Part shown: positions 1 to 8,843 of the stretch, one piece after another
How the letters are laid out: the number at the start of each line of letters is the position of its first letter
Position numbering within the stretch: position 1 is the first letter of the stretch
Origin: a virus
IMG/VR virus record: IMGVR_UViG_3300045988_177818
Span: 1-44,540 of that record
Strand: one strand, 5' to 3'
Length of the DNA: 44,540 nt
Notes under the pieces: model-generated
The model's input: only the letters and a program-made list of their open reading frames with translations
Database searches by the model: none
What the model was told of the DNA's origin: nothing
Program-made: the position numbers and the translations under genes

Positions 1-168
1 CAGTGCAACGGTGAAAGCCTACGACAGTGCAACGGTGAAAGCCTACGACAGTGCAACGGTGGAAGCCTACGACAGTGCAACGGTGGAAGCCTACGACAGT
101 GCAACGGTGAAAGCCTACGGCAGTGCAACGGTGGAAGCCTACGGCAGTGCAACGGTGGAAGCCTACGA
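1..168 (+). repeat. Seven tandem 24-nt units (cagtgcaacggtgRaagcctacgR), plus a degenerate eighth unit at 169-192
   Basis: Read directly from the sequence. The period is exactly 24 nt and in frame. Confidence 0.95.
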
Positions 169-292
169 CAATTCCTACGTAGAGGATTGTACAGGTAATG
201 TCCGACCTCAATCCGATTATGCAATAGTCAAAGATTACCATAGCCATAAGATATATATCAAAAAAGGAAATTTTGAAATCATAGAGGTTTGA
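1..292 (+). CDS. 3' part of an octapeptide-repeat protein, continuing the ORF left open at 44177..44540
   Basis: It has the same codon phase as the open ORF through the 47-nt end overlap. The 24-nt units encode SATV[EK]AY[DG]. The stop is at 290-292. Confidence 0.6.
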   Translation, partial: SATVKAYDSATVKAYDSATVEAYDSATVEAYDSATVKAYGSATVEAYGSATVEAYDNSYVEDCTGNVRPQSDYAIVKDYHSHKIYIKKGNFEIIEV

Positions 293-406
293 CCTATTCC
301 AGCCGCAGAAAAGGTCAGAGCTATTACCGTACTAAAAGCCGTGAGAGAAGCGAAGTGCGCACCGCTTCCCTTTAACCTTGTGCGGGCGGTTTAAAAATAT
401 AAGACG

Positions 407-643
407 ATGAAAGATAAACTTGAAGAACTGTACAAAGAGCTGAATGATGTAAAGTCTTGCGATTTGGACTATCTTCCCAAGTATGGGTATTCCTCAAAAG
501 AAGAAATCATTCAGCTTATAGAAGAAGACATCGAGGAGTTGCGCACGGAACTCGAATGCAGTCAATATGACTACACGCCTGATGAACTCGAAGATGAAAG
601 GATGATGCTTTGTGTCAGTCAGGGATTATCAAGATATTGTTGA
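407..643 (+). CDS. Small acidic hypothetical protein
   Basis: 78-aa ORF, D/E-rich, co-oriented with the early genes. Confidence 0.5.
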   Translation: MKDKLEELYKELNDVKSCDLDYLPKYGYSSKEEIIQLIEEDIEELRTELECSQYDYTPDELEDERMMLCVSQGLSRYC

Positions 644-662
644 ATTTAAAATTTATTATATT

Positions 663-1550
663 ATGCCAATCGTAAAAAAGAACGACGTTCTACCTGAACG
701 TCCTGTTATCATTGTGCTTTATGGAGTGCCAGGAAGTGGAAAGACAAGTGTTGCAACAACAGCCGATACCCCCTTACTGATTGATTGTGACAGAGGCGCC
801 GACCGAGCAGTACAGCGTTGCGATACTATAATGGCTAAAAACTGGAAAGACATAGACAGCGAGCGTGAATCAATGAAAGACTATAAAACAATTGTGGTTG
901 ATACAGCAAAGTCTATGCTTGACGATTATTTGAGCCAATACGCCATTGAAAACAACTATAAGTTAAAAACAAATTCTTTAAAACGTTTCGGACAGATGGG
1001 CGAAGATTTTAAAGAGTTCGTCAATTTTCTTCGTTCAAATGGCTCTGATATTATATTTATCTGCCATGATAAAGAAACAGCAGATGGTGATGTGATAAAG
1101 CACTCTCCGGATTGTACCGGGCAATCTAAAGACCTTCTTGTTAGGATTGCAGACCAAGTGGGATATGTATTTATCCAAAATGGAAAACGCTGTATATCTT
1201 TTGCTCCGTTAGATAATTTTGTAGGGAAAAATGTTGCCGGGCTTGAAACTGTTACGATTCCGGATTATGGCACAGCCCAATTTGATACTTGCATGTCTGA
1301 CATTGTTTCAAAAGTAAAAATATCTATTCAAGGAAAAGGAGAAGCACAAGTAAAAGCCAATGAGCAACTTGCGGCAATACGAGAGCAACTTGCGGCTGCA
1401 ATGACTGACGAAGATATTATCGCATTAATGGAAGCGACCAAGACGCTACCTAAAATCATGCAATTACCGTTCTTCTCTGAAATGCAAAAAAATCTTGCTA
1501 CAAAAGGATACGCATTCGACAAGGATAAAAAAATGTTCATTAAAGCATGA
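663..1550 (+). CDS. Sak4-like / AAA_24-type RecA-fold ATPase (recombination)
   Basis: Walker A GVPGSGKTS and Walker B-like IVVDT. The ATG at 663 is inside track ORF 612..1550. It lies in a recombination gene neighbourhood. Confidence 0.75.
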   Translation: MPIVKKNDVLPERPVIIVLYGVPGSGKTSVATTADTPLLIDCDRGADRAVQRCDTIMAKNWKDIDSERESMKDYKTIVVDTAKSMLDDYLSQYAIENNYKLKTNSLKRFGQMGEDFKEFVNFLRSNGSDIIFICHDKETADGDVIKHSPDCTGQSKDLLVRIADQVGYVFIQNGKRCISFAPLDNFVGKNVAGLETVTIPDYGTAQFDTCMSDIVSKVKISIQGKGEAQVKANEQLAAIREQLAAAMTDEDIIALMEATKTLPKIMQLPFFSEMQKNLATKGYAFDKDKKMFIKA

Positions 1551-2287
1551 AACCACTTATAAGGGTAACACAACTGGAAGCATTTCGAAAATACATAGAG
1601 CAAAGTGATTACGCCAGTTATGAGATAACAGAGCAGTCTGTTATTGACAGTATAACTGGTGTTTTCACTGGAAATTTCTATACGAAAATCGGGAAGGCTT
1701 TCCATAAAATTATAGAAGAGGGTGCGCCGAAATGCGAAAAGGTTGACGCTGGGGAACGCACCTTTCTATATTACAGTAAAGAACAAAAAGAACCTGTACC
1801 TTGCGGAAGGTCATTTGATATAGAAGGCGATAAAGTTATTATGGATATTCCGCAATGCAAAACCGCACTTGCTTACCGAGGCGAATATCCGAATGCCTTC
1901 CATGAGATACGGTTATATAAGGATTTTGGAGATGCTATTATAACAGGATGTGCCGATGTGATAGATGGTATAGAAATAAGAGATATTAAAACCAAATATT
2001 CTCATCCCACTGATGCCGATTACATCAATTCTTGTCAATGGCGGTTCTATCTCCAATTATTCAATGCAGATGTATTCCATTTTGATTTGTTTGTATATGA
2101 AGGATATGATAAAGAGAAGCATGGATATGATGTCAGAGGTATTCCGTTGAAACGTTATGAGCCTGCAATAACATGTTATCGCTACGATGGCATGGAGCAA
2201 GATAATTATAACCTGCTTTACTTGTTTCTTGAATGGGTAGAGCACAGAGATTTAACCAAGTATTTACTTAAAGAAACAATAGAATAG
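1547..2287 (+). CDS. PD-(D/E)XK (Cas4/RecB-like) nuclease
   Basis: ADVIDG...EIRDIKTK matches the D...(D/E)xK motif. ATGA overlap with the upstream ATPase gene. Confidence 0.55.
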   Translation: MKPLIRVTQLEAFRKYIEQSDYASYEITEQSVIDSITGVFTGNFYTKIGKAFHKIIEEGAPKCEKVDAGERTFLYYSKEQKEPVPCGRSFDIEGDKVIMDIPQCKTALAYRGEYPNAFHEIRLYKDFGDAIITGCADVIDGIEIRDIKTKYSHPTDADYINSCQWRFYLQLFNADVFHFDLFVYEGYDKEKHGYDVRGIPLKRYEPAITCYRYDGMEQDNYNLLYLFLEWVEHRDLTKYLLKETIE

Positions 2288-2291
2288 CATT

Positions 2292-2591
2292 ATGATTTTA
2301 ACAGGAAGCATTTGTCTTAGTGACATTCCCCGTGAGCAAATGAAGAAAGTAGTCTGCAAAGACGGGAAAGAGAGAATTTATTTAAATGTGGCGGTTATCG
2401 AACGCAAGGAGCCTTCACAGTTTGGGCATACCCATTTTATTACGTGCGCTCCCAAACAGGAAGAGCGCAAAGAGGGCACACAATATATTTTTGGAGATTT
2501 CAAGGAATATAAGCCTGCTCAGAACAGCCCAACGCCGGAACAAGTTGCGGAAGCTCCGGGATTATCCCCGCAAGATGATTTGCCATTCTAA
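2292..2591 (+). CDS. Small SSB-like protein with an acidic C-terminal tip
   Basis: 99 aa ending in ...SPQDDLPF, which resembles the SSB C-terminal D-D-D-I-P-F client-binding tip. It sits in the recombination module. Confidence 0.5.
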   Translation: MILTGSICLSDIPREQMKKVVCKDGKERIYLNVAVIERKEPSQFGHTHFITCAPKQEERKEGTQYIFGDFKEYKPAQNSPTPEQVAEAPGLSPQDDLPF

Positions 2592-2597
2592 AATATT

Positions 2598-3035
2598 ATG
2601 CAATACGACCTATCCAACCCACTCCACAAAGAACAGTTCAAAATACGATGCAACCATCTATTCTCAAAGGGCTGTATTGTGGAACTGACGGAAAAGAAGC
2701 CTAAAAGGACAACGCAGCAGAACAAATACCTGCACACTCTTTTAGGCTTCTTCGCTTGTGAGACCGGGAACACACTGGAATACGTAAAACAGAACTATTA
2801 TAAAAAGCTGGTAAATCCTGCAATATTCACCCGTAGGATTAATGATAAGTTTTTGGGAGAAGTGGAAGTCTTACGTAGTTCCACTGATTTAGATACGGCG
2901 GAAATGACGATGAGCATTGAGCGTTTTCGCAATTGGGCGAGTGCCGAATGCGGTGTCTATCTGCCAAGCCCTGATGAAGAGAGGTTATTGCAATTAATGG
3001 AGATTGAAATAGACAGAAACAAAACTTTTATTTAA
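2598..3035 (+). CDS. NinB/Orf-like recombination mediator (tentative)
   Basis: RTTQQNKYLHTLLG resembles the lambda NinB segment RSLDQNRKLWACLG. Position in the module is consistent. Confidence 0.4.
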   Translation: MQYDLSNPLHKEQFKIRCNHLFSKGCIVELTEKKPKRTTQQNKYLHTLLGFFACETGNTLEYVKQNYYKKLVNPAIFTRRINDKFLGEVEVLRSSTDLDTAEMTMSIERFRNWASAECGVYLPSPDEERLLQLMEIEIDRNKTFI

Positions 3036-3046
3036 AATAGAAAATT

Positions 3047-3652
3047 ATGCATACATGGTTTGAGTGTAAAATCCGTTACGAGAAAACAATGGAAAACGGA
3101 ATGAACAAGAAAGTTACCGAACCTTATCTGATAGACGCACTCAGCTTTACGGAAGCGGAAGCGCGCATCATTGAAGAAATGACGCCGTTTATTTCCGGTG
3201 AGTTTACCGTATCGGATATTAAACGGGCGAATTACAGTGAACTCTTCCCTTGCGAAGAAGATGCTGCCGACCGTTGGTTCAAATGCAAACTGGTTTTCAT
3301 CACATTGGATGAAAAAAGCGGTGCGGAGAAGAAAACATCTACTCAGGTACTGGTACAAGCCGCCGACCTGCGCGACGCAGTAAAGAAACTGGATGAGGGT
3401 ATGAAAGGCACAATGGCCGACTATCAAATTGCGTCGGTAGCAGAAACCGCCATCATGGATGTATATCCGTATGATCCAAAGGAAACTGAAGGTGATAACA
3501 ATACGGAAGTATCCCGATTTATCAATAGATTCCCAGAGGGTCAGTGTACAGAGGTCACAATTGGCGGCAAATCGGTCATCATCGATAAAACCGGAAATAA
3601 ACCTAAAGTCATTCCAAACGGAAGTATAGAAAGTGAGGCTAAAAATGAATGA
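3047..3652 (+). CDS. DUF4494-like Bacteroidetes conserved protein
   Basis: The N-terminus MHTWFECKIRYEKT...VTEPYLIDALSFTEAEARI matches my recollection of DUF4494. Confidence 0.5.
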   Translation: MHTWFECKIRYEKTMENGMNKKVTEPYLIDALSFTEAEARIIEEMTPFISGEFTVSDIKRANYSELFPCEEDAADRWFKCKLVFITLDEKSGAEKKTSTQVLVQAADLRDAVKKLDEGMKGTMADYQIASVAETAIMDVYPYDPKETEGDNNTEVSRFINRFPEGQCTEVTIGGKSVIIDKTGNKPKVIPNGSIESEAKNE

Positions 3653-3817
3653 TTATATCCCGGATTGGTATATCCCTAATAAATAACCATAATTATTAAC
3701 CAAACGCCCTCTGCTCACGCAGAAGTCCCGTGAAAGGTTCGGGTTAAGTGAAATCAGCTAACAGTTAACTATCCCGGTGTGGCTTGACCGCCTATCCGGG
3801 AGCAATTTGTTAACCTG

Positions 3818-3845
3818 CCTACTCGATCTGTGAAGATAGAGTAGG
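3818..3845 (+). ncRNA. GNRA(GUGA)-capped hairpin, copy 1 of a conserved motif
   Basis: cctactc-ga-tct-GTGA-aga-ta-gagtagg. The core cgRtctgtgaagatag is shared with 44126-44141. Confidence 0.5.
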
Positions 3846-3852
3846 CGAACAT

Positions 3853-3951
3853 GGAGAAGTGGCGGACGCACGAAGAGTACTGGAACTTTACCCAGCCGGA
3901 AGGGTTACTCAAATCAGAAAGTTCGTCCCGGTTCGAGTCCGGGCTTTTCCA
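3853..3951 (+). tRNA. Degenerate tRNA-like gene with a Leu(CAA)-type anticodon-loop candidate
   Basis: 7-bp acceptor ggagaag/cttttcc and U8. Canonical T arm cccgg-ttcgagt-ccggg. CUCAAAU at 3908-3914. The D loop is missing, and there are about 25 extra nt 5' of the loop. Confidence 0.4.
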
Positions 3952-3970
3952 CAAACTAAAATTATAAACT

Positions 3971-4447
3971 ATGCCATATTACATAAAACGAAAGGCTAAG
4001 AAGAAAGACAAGCCTTTGCCCCTGTTTGACAAAGCAGGGGTGACAGTGAAGAAGAAGCCGGATTTGAAAACCAAACTCGACAAGGAGTTTTCCCTTTTCA
4101 TCCGGCTTCGTGATTGCATGCCAAACGGATTTTTTAAATGTATCTCGTGCGGACAGATAAAGCCGTTTACACAAGCAGACTGCGGGCACTATTTCAGCCG
4201 CACACACCTGGCGACACGTTTCGATGAAAATAACTGCCATGCTGAGTGCCGTCACTGCAACAGGTTCAAAGCCGATCATTTGGAAGGCTATCGGGTGAAT
4301 CTGATAGCCAAAATCGGGCAACAGAAATTTGACTTGCTGAAAGTGAAAGCTGCTGATACTTCTAAGATGTCAGATTTTGAGTACGAGCAACTAATTAAGT
4401 ATTACAAAGCACTCAATAAGAAGTTACGAAAGGAGAAAGGTTTATGA
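3971..4447 (+). CDS. ninG: NinG/Rap-like recombination endonuclease
   Basis: Cys/His pattern CISCG...CGHY...CHAECRHCN, typical of lambda NinG-family proteins. Confidence 0.7.
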   Translation: MPYYIKRKAKKKDKPLPLFDKAGVTVKKKPDLKTKLDKEFSLFIRLRDCMPNGFFKCISCGQIKPFTQADCGHYFSRTHLATRFDENNCHAECRHCNRFKADHLEGYRVNLIAKIGQQKFDLLKVKAADTSKMSDFEYEQLIKYYKALNKKLRKEKGL

Positions 4448-5616
4448 GTTATGTATTGCGAGATTACCAACAGAAAGCCTCTGATGCAGCCGTTTCCTTC
4501 TTCAATAACAAGGCAAAGAAAACAAACGCTATCATGGTTTTGCCTACGGGCAGCGGAAAGTCGCTTATCATAGCTGATATAGCCGCAAGGCTTGACGGAC
4601 ACACTTTAGTGTTCCAGCCCTCGAAGGAAATACTCGAACAGAATTTCAAGAAACTCTGTTCATACGGTATTCTTGATTGCAGCATCTATTCTGCATCCTT
4701 TAACTCAAAGGAGATAAGCCGGATAACATTTGCCACCATCGGCAGTGTGAAGAATCATCCCGAACTGTTCACCCACTTCAAGAACATCATCGTGGACGAA
4801 TGCCACCTTGTTAACCCTAAAGAGGGTATGTACAAAGATTTTTTTGATGCGGTGAAGTGTAAGGTTCTTGGACTGACAGCTACACCGTATCGTTTAAGTT
4901 CCAGCCGTGACTTTGGTTCTATGCTGAAATTCATTACCCGGACAAAGCCTCATGTCTTTTCAGAGGTCATTTATCATGTACAGGTATCAACCCTATTAGA
5001 TATGGGCTATTTGGCGAAGCTGAACTATTACCCGATGAATCCTTCAGGATGGAACGAACTCAACTTGAAAGTAAATACCACTGGTGCCGACTATACAGAC
5101 AAGTCAGTCCAAAAGGAATATGAACGGATAGACTTCTACGGTTATCTCGTTCATATCGTTCAAAGACTGATGAACCCCAAAGCCGGTGGAAAACGGAATG
5201 GTATTTTGGTATTTACCCGATTCTTGAAAGAAGCGGAACGGCTTACATGGTCTATACCCGGAACCGCAATTGTTTCGGGCGATACTCCCAAAGGCGAGCG
5301 TGAAAGAATACTTGAAGCGTTCAAGGCAGGGGAAATTCCGGTCGTTGCCAATGTAGGTGTACTCACAACCGGCTTTGACTATCCAGAGCTTGATACGGTC
5401 GTTATGGCACGTCCTACGATGTCTTTAGCGATGTGGTATCAGATAGTTGGTCGGGCTATCCGTCCACACCCTTCAAAGGAATATGGCTGGATTGTTGACC
5501 TCTGTGGAAATATTAAACGATTCGGAGAAGTGTCCGATTTACGATTGCACGACAGCGGTAATGGCAAATGGGCTGTATTTTCTAACGGAAGACAACTGAC
5601 TAATGTAAGGTTTTAA
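4444..5616 (+). CDS. Superfamily-2 DEAD/DEAH-box helicase
   Basis: Motif I LPTGSGKS, motif II DECH, motif III TATP, and a C-terminal RecA-like domain with QIVGRAIR. Confidence 0.85.
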   Translation: MSYVLRDYQQKASDAAVSFFNNKAKKTNAIMVLPTGSGKSLIIADIAARLDGHTLVFQPSKEILEQNFKKLCSYGILDCSIYSASFNSKEISRITFATIGSVKNHPELFTHFKNIIVDECHLVNPKEGMYKDFFDAVKCKVLGLTATPYRLSSSRDFGSMLKFITRTKPHVFSEVIYHVQVSTLLDMGYLAKLNYYPMNPSGWNELNLKVNTTGADYTDKSVQKEYERIDFYGYLVHIVQRLMNPKAGGKRNGILVFTRFLKEAERLTWSIPGTAIVSGDTPKGERERILEAFKAGEIPVVANVGVLTTGFDYPELDTVVMARPTMSLAMWYQIVGRAIRPHPSKEYGWIVDLCGNIKRFGEVSDLRLHDSGNGKWAVFSNGRQLTNVRF

Positions 5617-5630
5617 ATAAAAGCAAAACA

Positions 5631-6518
5631 ATGAAAAACTACTTTCCGCATGACAGCGATGCAAGAAGCGATGATAAGATTATAGCTTTGCGCATAAAAC
5701 ACAAATGGGAAGGTTATGGGCTATATTGGGCTTTGATAGAGAAATTGAGAGACAGTAAAGACTACACACTGAAAGTGGATTACAACGTTCTTGCTTTTGA
5801 TTTACGTTCAGATGCGGCACTAATAAAAAGCATAATAAATGACTTTGGGTTATTTGCCTTCACCGATGACGGTGAGTGTTTCTACTCCAAATCTTTAAAT
5901 ATGCGCATGAAGCCATTGGATGATAAAAGAGCCAAATTATCTGATGCAGGTAAACGAGGTAACGAAAGACGGTGGAAAAGTAGTCAACATGTATCGCCAC
6001 CCGATAATAATTTAATCGCCACCCAATCGCCACCCAATCACCACCCAATCGCCTATCTATCGCAAGAAGAGAATAGATTAGAAGAAAGTAAAAAAGAAGA
6101 TAATATACCCCCCACACCCCCCAAGGGGGGAGGCAAGAAAAGTAAAAGTGAGCCTAAAGAGATTAATTCAAAAGCCCGTTTGCTATTTGAACAGCATTTT
6201 AGGGAAAACTTCGGGGCTGACTACTACTGGACAGCCAAGGATGCCGGGGCGATGTCCGGGCTCTTGAAAAAGCTGAAATTCCAGCGTGAGCAAAAGCAAT
6301 TGGACACATCGGATGAAAATGTGTTGTACGCCTTGCGCTACCTGCTTTCTTCCGTCAGGGAAGGGTGGATATTTGATAATTTCAGCGTAACCAACATCAA
6401 TTCTAAATTTAATGAAATCGTAGCACAAGCTAAAAATGGAAACAATCGGAAACCTGATACTGAACCAGACAAAAGCTCCGCCGGTATCAAATCAATCGTC
6501 TTCGGCAAACAAAGCTAA
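5631..6518 (+). CDS. Replication initiator/organiser with a DUF4373 (Lin1244/Lin1753-like) N-terminal domain
   Basis: MKNYFPHDSDARSDDKI...GYGLYWALIE matches the DUF4373 N-terminus. An iteron array lies inside the linker region. Confidence 0.7.
   Translation: MKNYFPHDSDARSDDKIIALRIKHKWEGYGLYWALIEKLRDSKDYTLKVDYNVLAFDLRSDAALIKSIINDFGLFAFTDDGECFYSKSLNMRMKPLDDKRAKLSDAGKRGNERRWKSSQHVSPPDNNLIATQSPPNHHPIAYLSQEENRLEESKKEDNIPPTPPKGGGKKSKSEPKEINSKARLLFEQHFRENFGADYYWTAKDAGAMSGLLKKLKFQREQKQLDTSDENVLYALRYLLSSVREGWIFDNFSVTNINSKFNEIVAQAKNGNNRKPDTEPDKSSAGIKSIVFGKQS
5992..6053 (+). repeat. Iteron-like array: (A/T)ATC(G/A)CCACCC at 5992, 6014, 6025 and 6036, plus a partial copy at 6047, all in 11-nt phase
   Basis: Read directly. 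It is followed by a purine/AT-rich stretch (6059-6107) and a C6..C6-AA-G6 palindrome (6108-6130). Confidence 0.6.
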
Positions 6519-7137
6519 TCAGAAACAATGGAGCAAGGAACAGGCTGATATGTACTGGCGCAACCAACTTGTAATTTCTATGAAATCCATTTCACCGACC
6601 TTTACAATTGATGACAGCAACCGCCAACTGTTGAAAGCTCTTTATCAATGGATATGGGGAATGCCTGGAATACTTGATTTAGATAAGGGACTGTTATTAC
6701 ACGGTTCTATCGGGGTAGGCAAATCCACTTTACTGAAAGGGTTACAGAATTATGCGGCGAAAATTGCCCGCTATTGTATTGGTGGTGCGGATGCCGGATT
6801 GACCTTTCAATTTACCAGCGCTGCCGAGATTGCCTTACAGTTTGCCGAGAAAGGTATTACCGGGTTAAACCAATACACAGATAGGTCATGTATGCACAAT
6901 CTTGCCATTGACGAGGTAGGACGGGAGCCTATGGATGCCAAATACTTTGGTACGGGCATAAATGCCATTCAGACCGTTTTGCAACTGCGCTATGAGCAGA
7001 GATATTGTTTCTACACCCACATGACTACCAATCTTGACCCGAACACGGAGTTTTCCGGGCGGTATGGGGATTATATTGCCGACCGGGTTAAAGAGATGTT
7101 CAATGTGGTTAAAATTGAAGGTAAAAGCCGAAGATAG
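6436..7137 (+). CDS. DnaC/IstB-like AAA+ helicase loader
   Basis: Walker A GSIGVGKS and Walker B IDEVG. The start is uncertain: 6436 overlaps the upstream gene by 83 nt, and the alternative ATG is at 6550. Confidence 0.75.
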   Translation: METIGNLILNQTKAPPVSNQSSSANKANQKQWSKEQADMYWRNQLVISMKSISPTFTIDDSNRQLLKALYQWIWGMPGILDLDKGLLLHGSIGVGKSTLLKGLQNYAAKIARYCIGGADAGLTFQFTSAAEIALQFAEKGITGLNQYTDRSCMHNLAIDEVGREPMDAKYFGTGINAIQTVLQLRYEQRYCFYTHMTTNLDPNTEFSGRYGDYIADRVKEMFNVVKIEGKSRR

Positions 7138-7296
7138 ATGGCAAAGAAAAAAGAACACCTCTCCTCCGTCCACTGCTACCAATGCTCATACGCCAAAGAC
7201 TTTATCGGAAACTCATGCCTCTGTAAGGCTAAAGGTCATAGGGTATGCGCATGTGACAGGTACGGAAGGATATGTGAGAATTTTAAGAAAAAATGA
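7138..7296 (+). CDS. 52-aa Cys-rich (zinc-ribbon-like) protein
   Basis: MAKKKEHLSSVHCYQCSYAKDFIGNSCLCKAKGHRVCACDRYGRICENFKKK. ATGA overlap with the next gene. It is below the ORF-track length cut-off. Confidence 0.5.
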   Translation: MAKKKEHLSSVHCYQCSYAKDFIGNSCLCKAKGHRVCACDRYGRICENFKKK

Positions 7297-7604
7297 TTAT
7301 GGATATAGTACCTATTTCAATAAAAGATAATCTTTCTAAGGAGCAGATAGAATATCTACAAAAACAACAGTCTGAATATAAACTCGTGAGTAGGATTAAG
7401 AAAAATCCGGGTCACATACTCTTTTCGTTTAACAGAAAAACAGGAGAGATAAAAAGAGCTTCCATTACTCATAAGGTATCTATCGGGCTTGATATGAAAC
7501 CTATAACTACCACTAAAACGGTTATTGAACCTGATTGCTATTATGAGCAGGCTCTAAATGAGAAAAATTTTAGAAAAAGATTGAAAAGAATTGGATTAAT
7601 ATAG
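7293..7604 (+). CDS. Hypothetical protein
   Basis: 103-aa ORF, translationally coupled to the upstream gene. Confidence 0.55.
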   Translation: MIMDIVPISIKDNLSKEQIEYLQKQQSEYKLVSRIKKNPGHILFSFNRKTGEIKRASITHKVSIGLDMKPITTTKTVIEPDCYYEQALNEKNFRKRLKRIGLI

Positions 7605-7620
7605 ATATTAAAACATAACT

Positions 7621-7881
7621 ATGGCAAAAGTATTTATAACCAAATATGCCTTGACAGAAGGTATTAAAGAGGTAGAAACAGACGTTCGTAAAAATGAAGT
7701 TGGAAATTATGAATACGTACTTTACAGCAATTATTCTTTCTTTCGTATAGGGAGTGATGCGTTCACTGATAAATCCGAAGCCTTAAAGAAGGCGGAAGAA
7801 ATGAGGCAGAATAAAATTGCTTCCCTTCGTAAACAGATTGAGAAACTTGAAAAGCTATCTTTTAAAAGTGAGGAGAATTGA
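7621..7881 (+). CDS. Hypothetical protein with a coiled-coil C-terminus
   Basis: 86-aa ORF, in operon context. Confidence 0.55.
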   Translation: MAKVFITKYALTEGIKEVETDVRKNEVGNYEYVLYSNYSFFRIGSDAFTDKSEALKKAEEMRQNKIASLRKQIEKLEKLSFKSEEN

Positions 7882-8150
7882 TAATGAAAGCAAACCTAAT
7901 ATTTTTTCTTGCGATATTCATCATATCAGCATTATTTATCGGACATTTCCGGTTGACATTTTCACCGTTCAGCATATCACTCCCTTATTGGCATAGGGCT
8001 GTAGGAGTTATTCTTATCGTTGCAGGATGCTTGGTATACAACATAGGTGAGCATATGTCCGGTTACAAGAAAGGACTGGATGAAGGCATGGAGATTATTT
8101 TGAAAGAGTTAAAAGAAAGATACAATGAAGAAGATAATGTTCAACGATGA
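7878..8150 (+). CDS. Small membrane protein with two hydrophobic segments
   Basis: LIFFLAIFIISALFIG and AVGVILIVAGCLVY. ATGA-type overlap with the upstream gene. Confidence 0.55.
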   Translation: MIMKANLIFFLAIFIISALFIGHFRLTFSPFSISLPYWHRAVGVILIVAGCLVYNIGEHMSGYKKGLDEGMEIILKELKERYNEEDNVQR

Positions 8151-8841
8151 ATGCGGCTTAACCCAGGCTGTATTGGAAGGTCGGAAGACTATGACGAGAA
8201 GGGGCTGCAAGTATGACAGACCAAATGAAACTTATGATATTGTGTTCCCCGTTTTTGAACCAAATGATTATGATAATAACGGGAATATAACATCACCTTT
8301 AAACTATGCTTTCGGCTGGAAAAACAACGAAGGCGACTTTACAGGTTGGAATATTCCTCAGTACAAAGTCGGCGAAGTGGTTGCCATTGCGCAAAGCTAC
8401 AAATCAATCAATGAATTTTATGAAATAGCCTACAAAAGACATAACTCTTTTCACGGTCAGATTGTAACAAATTATGATATTCCGTTTAAAGAAATAGTTA
8501 AATGGTTTGAGTTACGAGAAAGTTTAAAATACACTGCTGGATGGACAAACAAGATGTTTGTAAAAGCAGACTTGATGATTTCTCACATCCGCATCACCAA
8601 CGTAAAGATTGAACGACTCCAAGACATTTCTGATGAAGATTGCTTGAAAGAAGGAGTTTACAAAGGACAATGCGGAAGTGCAGATACACATTTTATGGAT
8701 GTTTATTATTATAAGGGAGACATTCAACCTTATTGCACCCCTCGTGGAGCCTTTGCCGCCCTCATAGATAAAGTATCCGGCAAAGAGACATGGAAATCCA
8801 ACTCCTATGTATTTGTTTACGAATTTGAATTAGTTGATTAA
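8125..8841 (+). CDS. ASCH (PUA-like) domain protein
   Basis: The N-terminus MFNDECGLTQAVLEGRKTMTRR is typical of ASCH proteins. The start could be 8125 or 8137. Confidence 0.6.
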   Translation: MKKIMFNDECGLTQAVLEGRKTMTRRGCKYDRPNETYDIVFPVFEPNDYDNNGNITSPLNYAFGWKNNEGDFTGWNIPQYKVGEVVAIAQSYKSINEFYEIAYKRHNSFHGQIVTNYDIPFKEIVKWFELRESLKYTAGWTNKMFVKADLMISHIRITNVKIERLQDISDEDCLKEGVYKGQCGSADTHFMDVYYYKGDIQPYCTPRGAFAALIDKVSGKETWKSNSYVFVYEFELVD

Positions 8842-8843
8842 CC

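Noticed and set aside
1-192. The 24-nt tandem repeats at both window ends as a CRISPR array
   Set aside because: The units are contiguous with no spacers, are in frame with a long ORF, and encode a regular octapeptide. This is a coding tandem repeat.
293-406. Hairpin gaagcg-N10-cgcttc (about 344-365) as a terminator after the repeat protein
   Set aside because: It has only a 6-bp stem and no downstream T-run.
3769-3954. Minus-strand ORFs 3769..3954 and 43847..44095 sharing PDSNRDELS
   Set aside because: The shared peptide is the antisense translation of the shared tRNA T arm (cgtcccggttcgagtccggg). It is not a protein motif.
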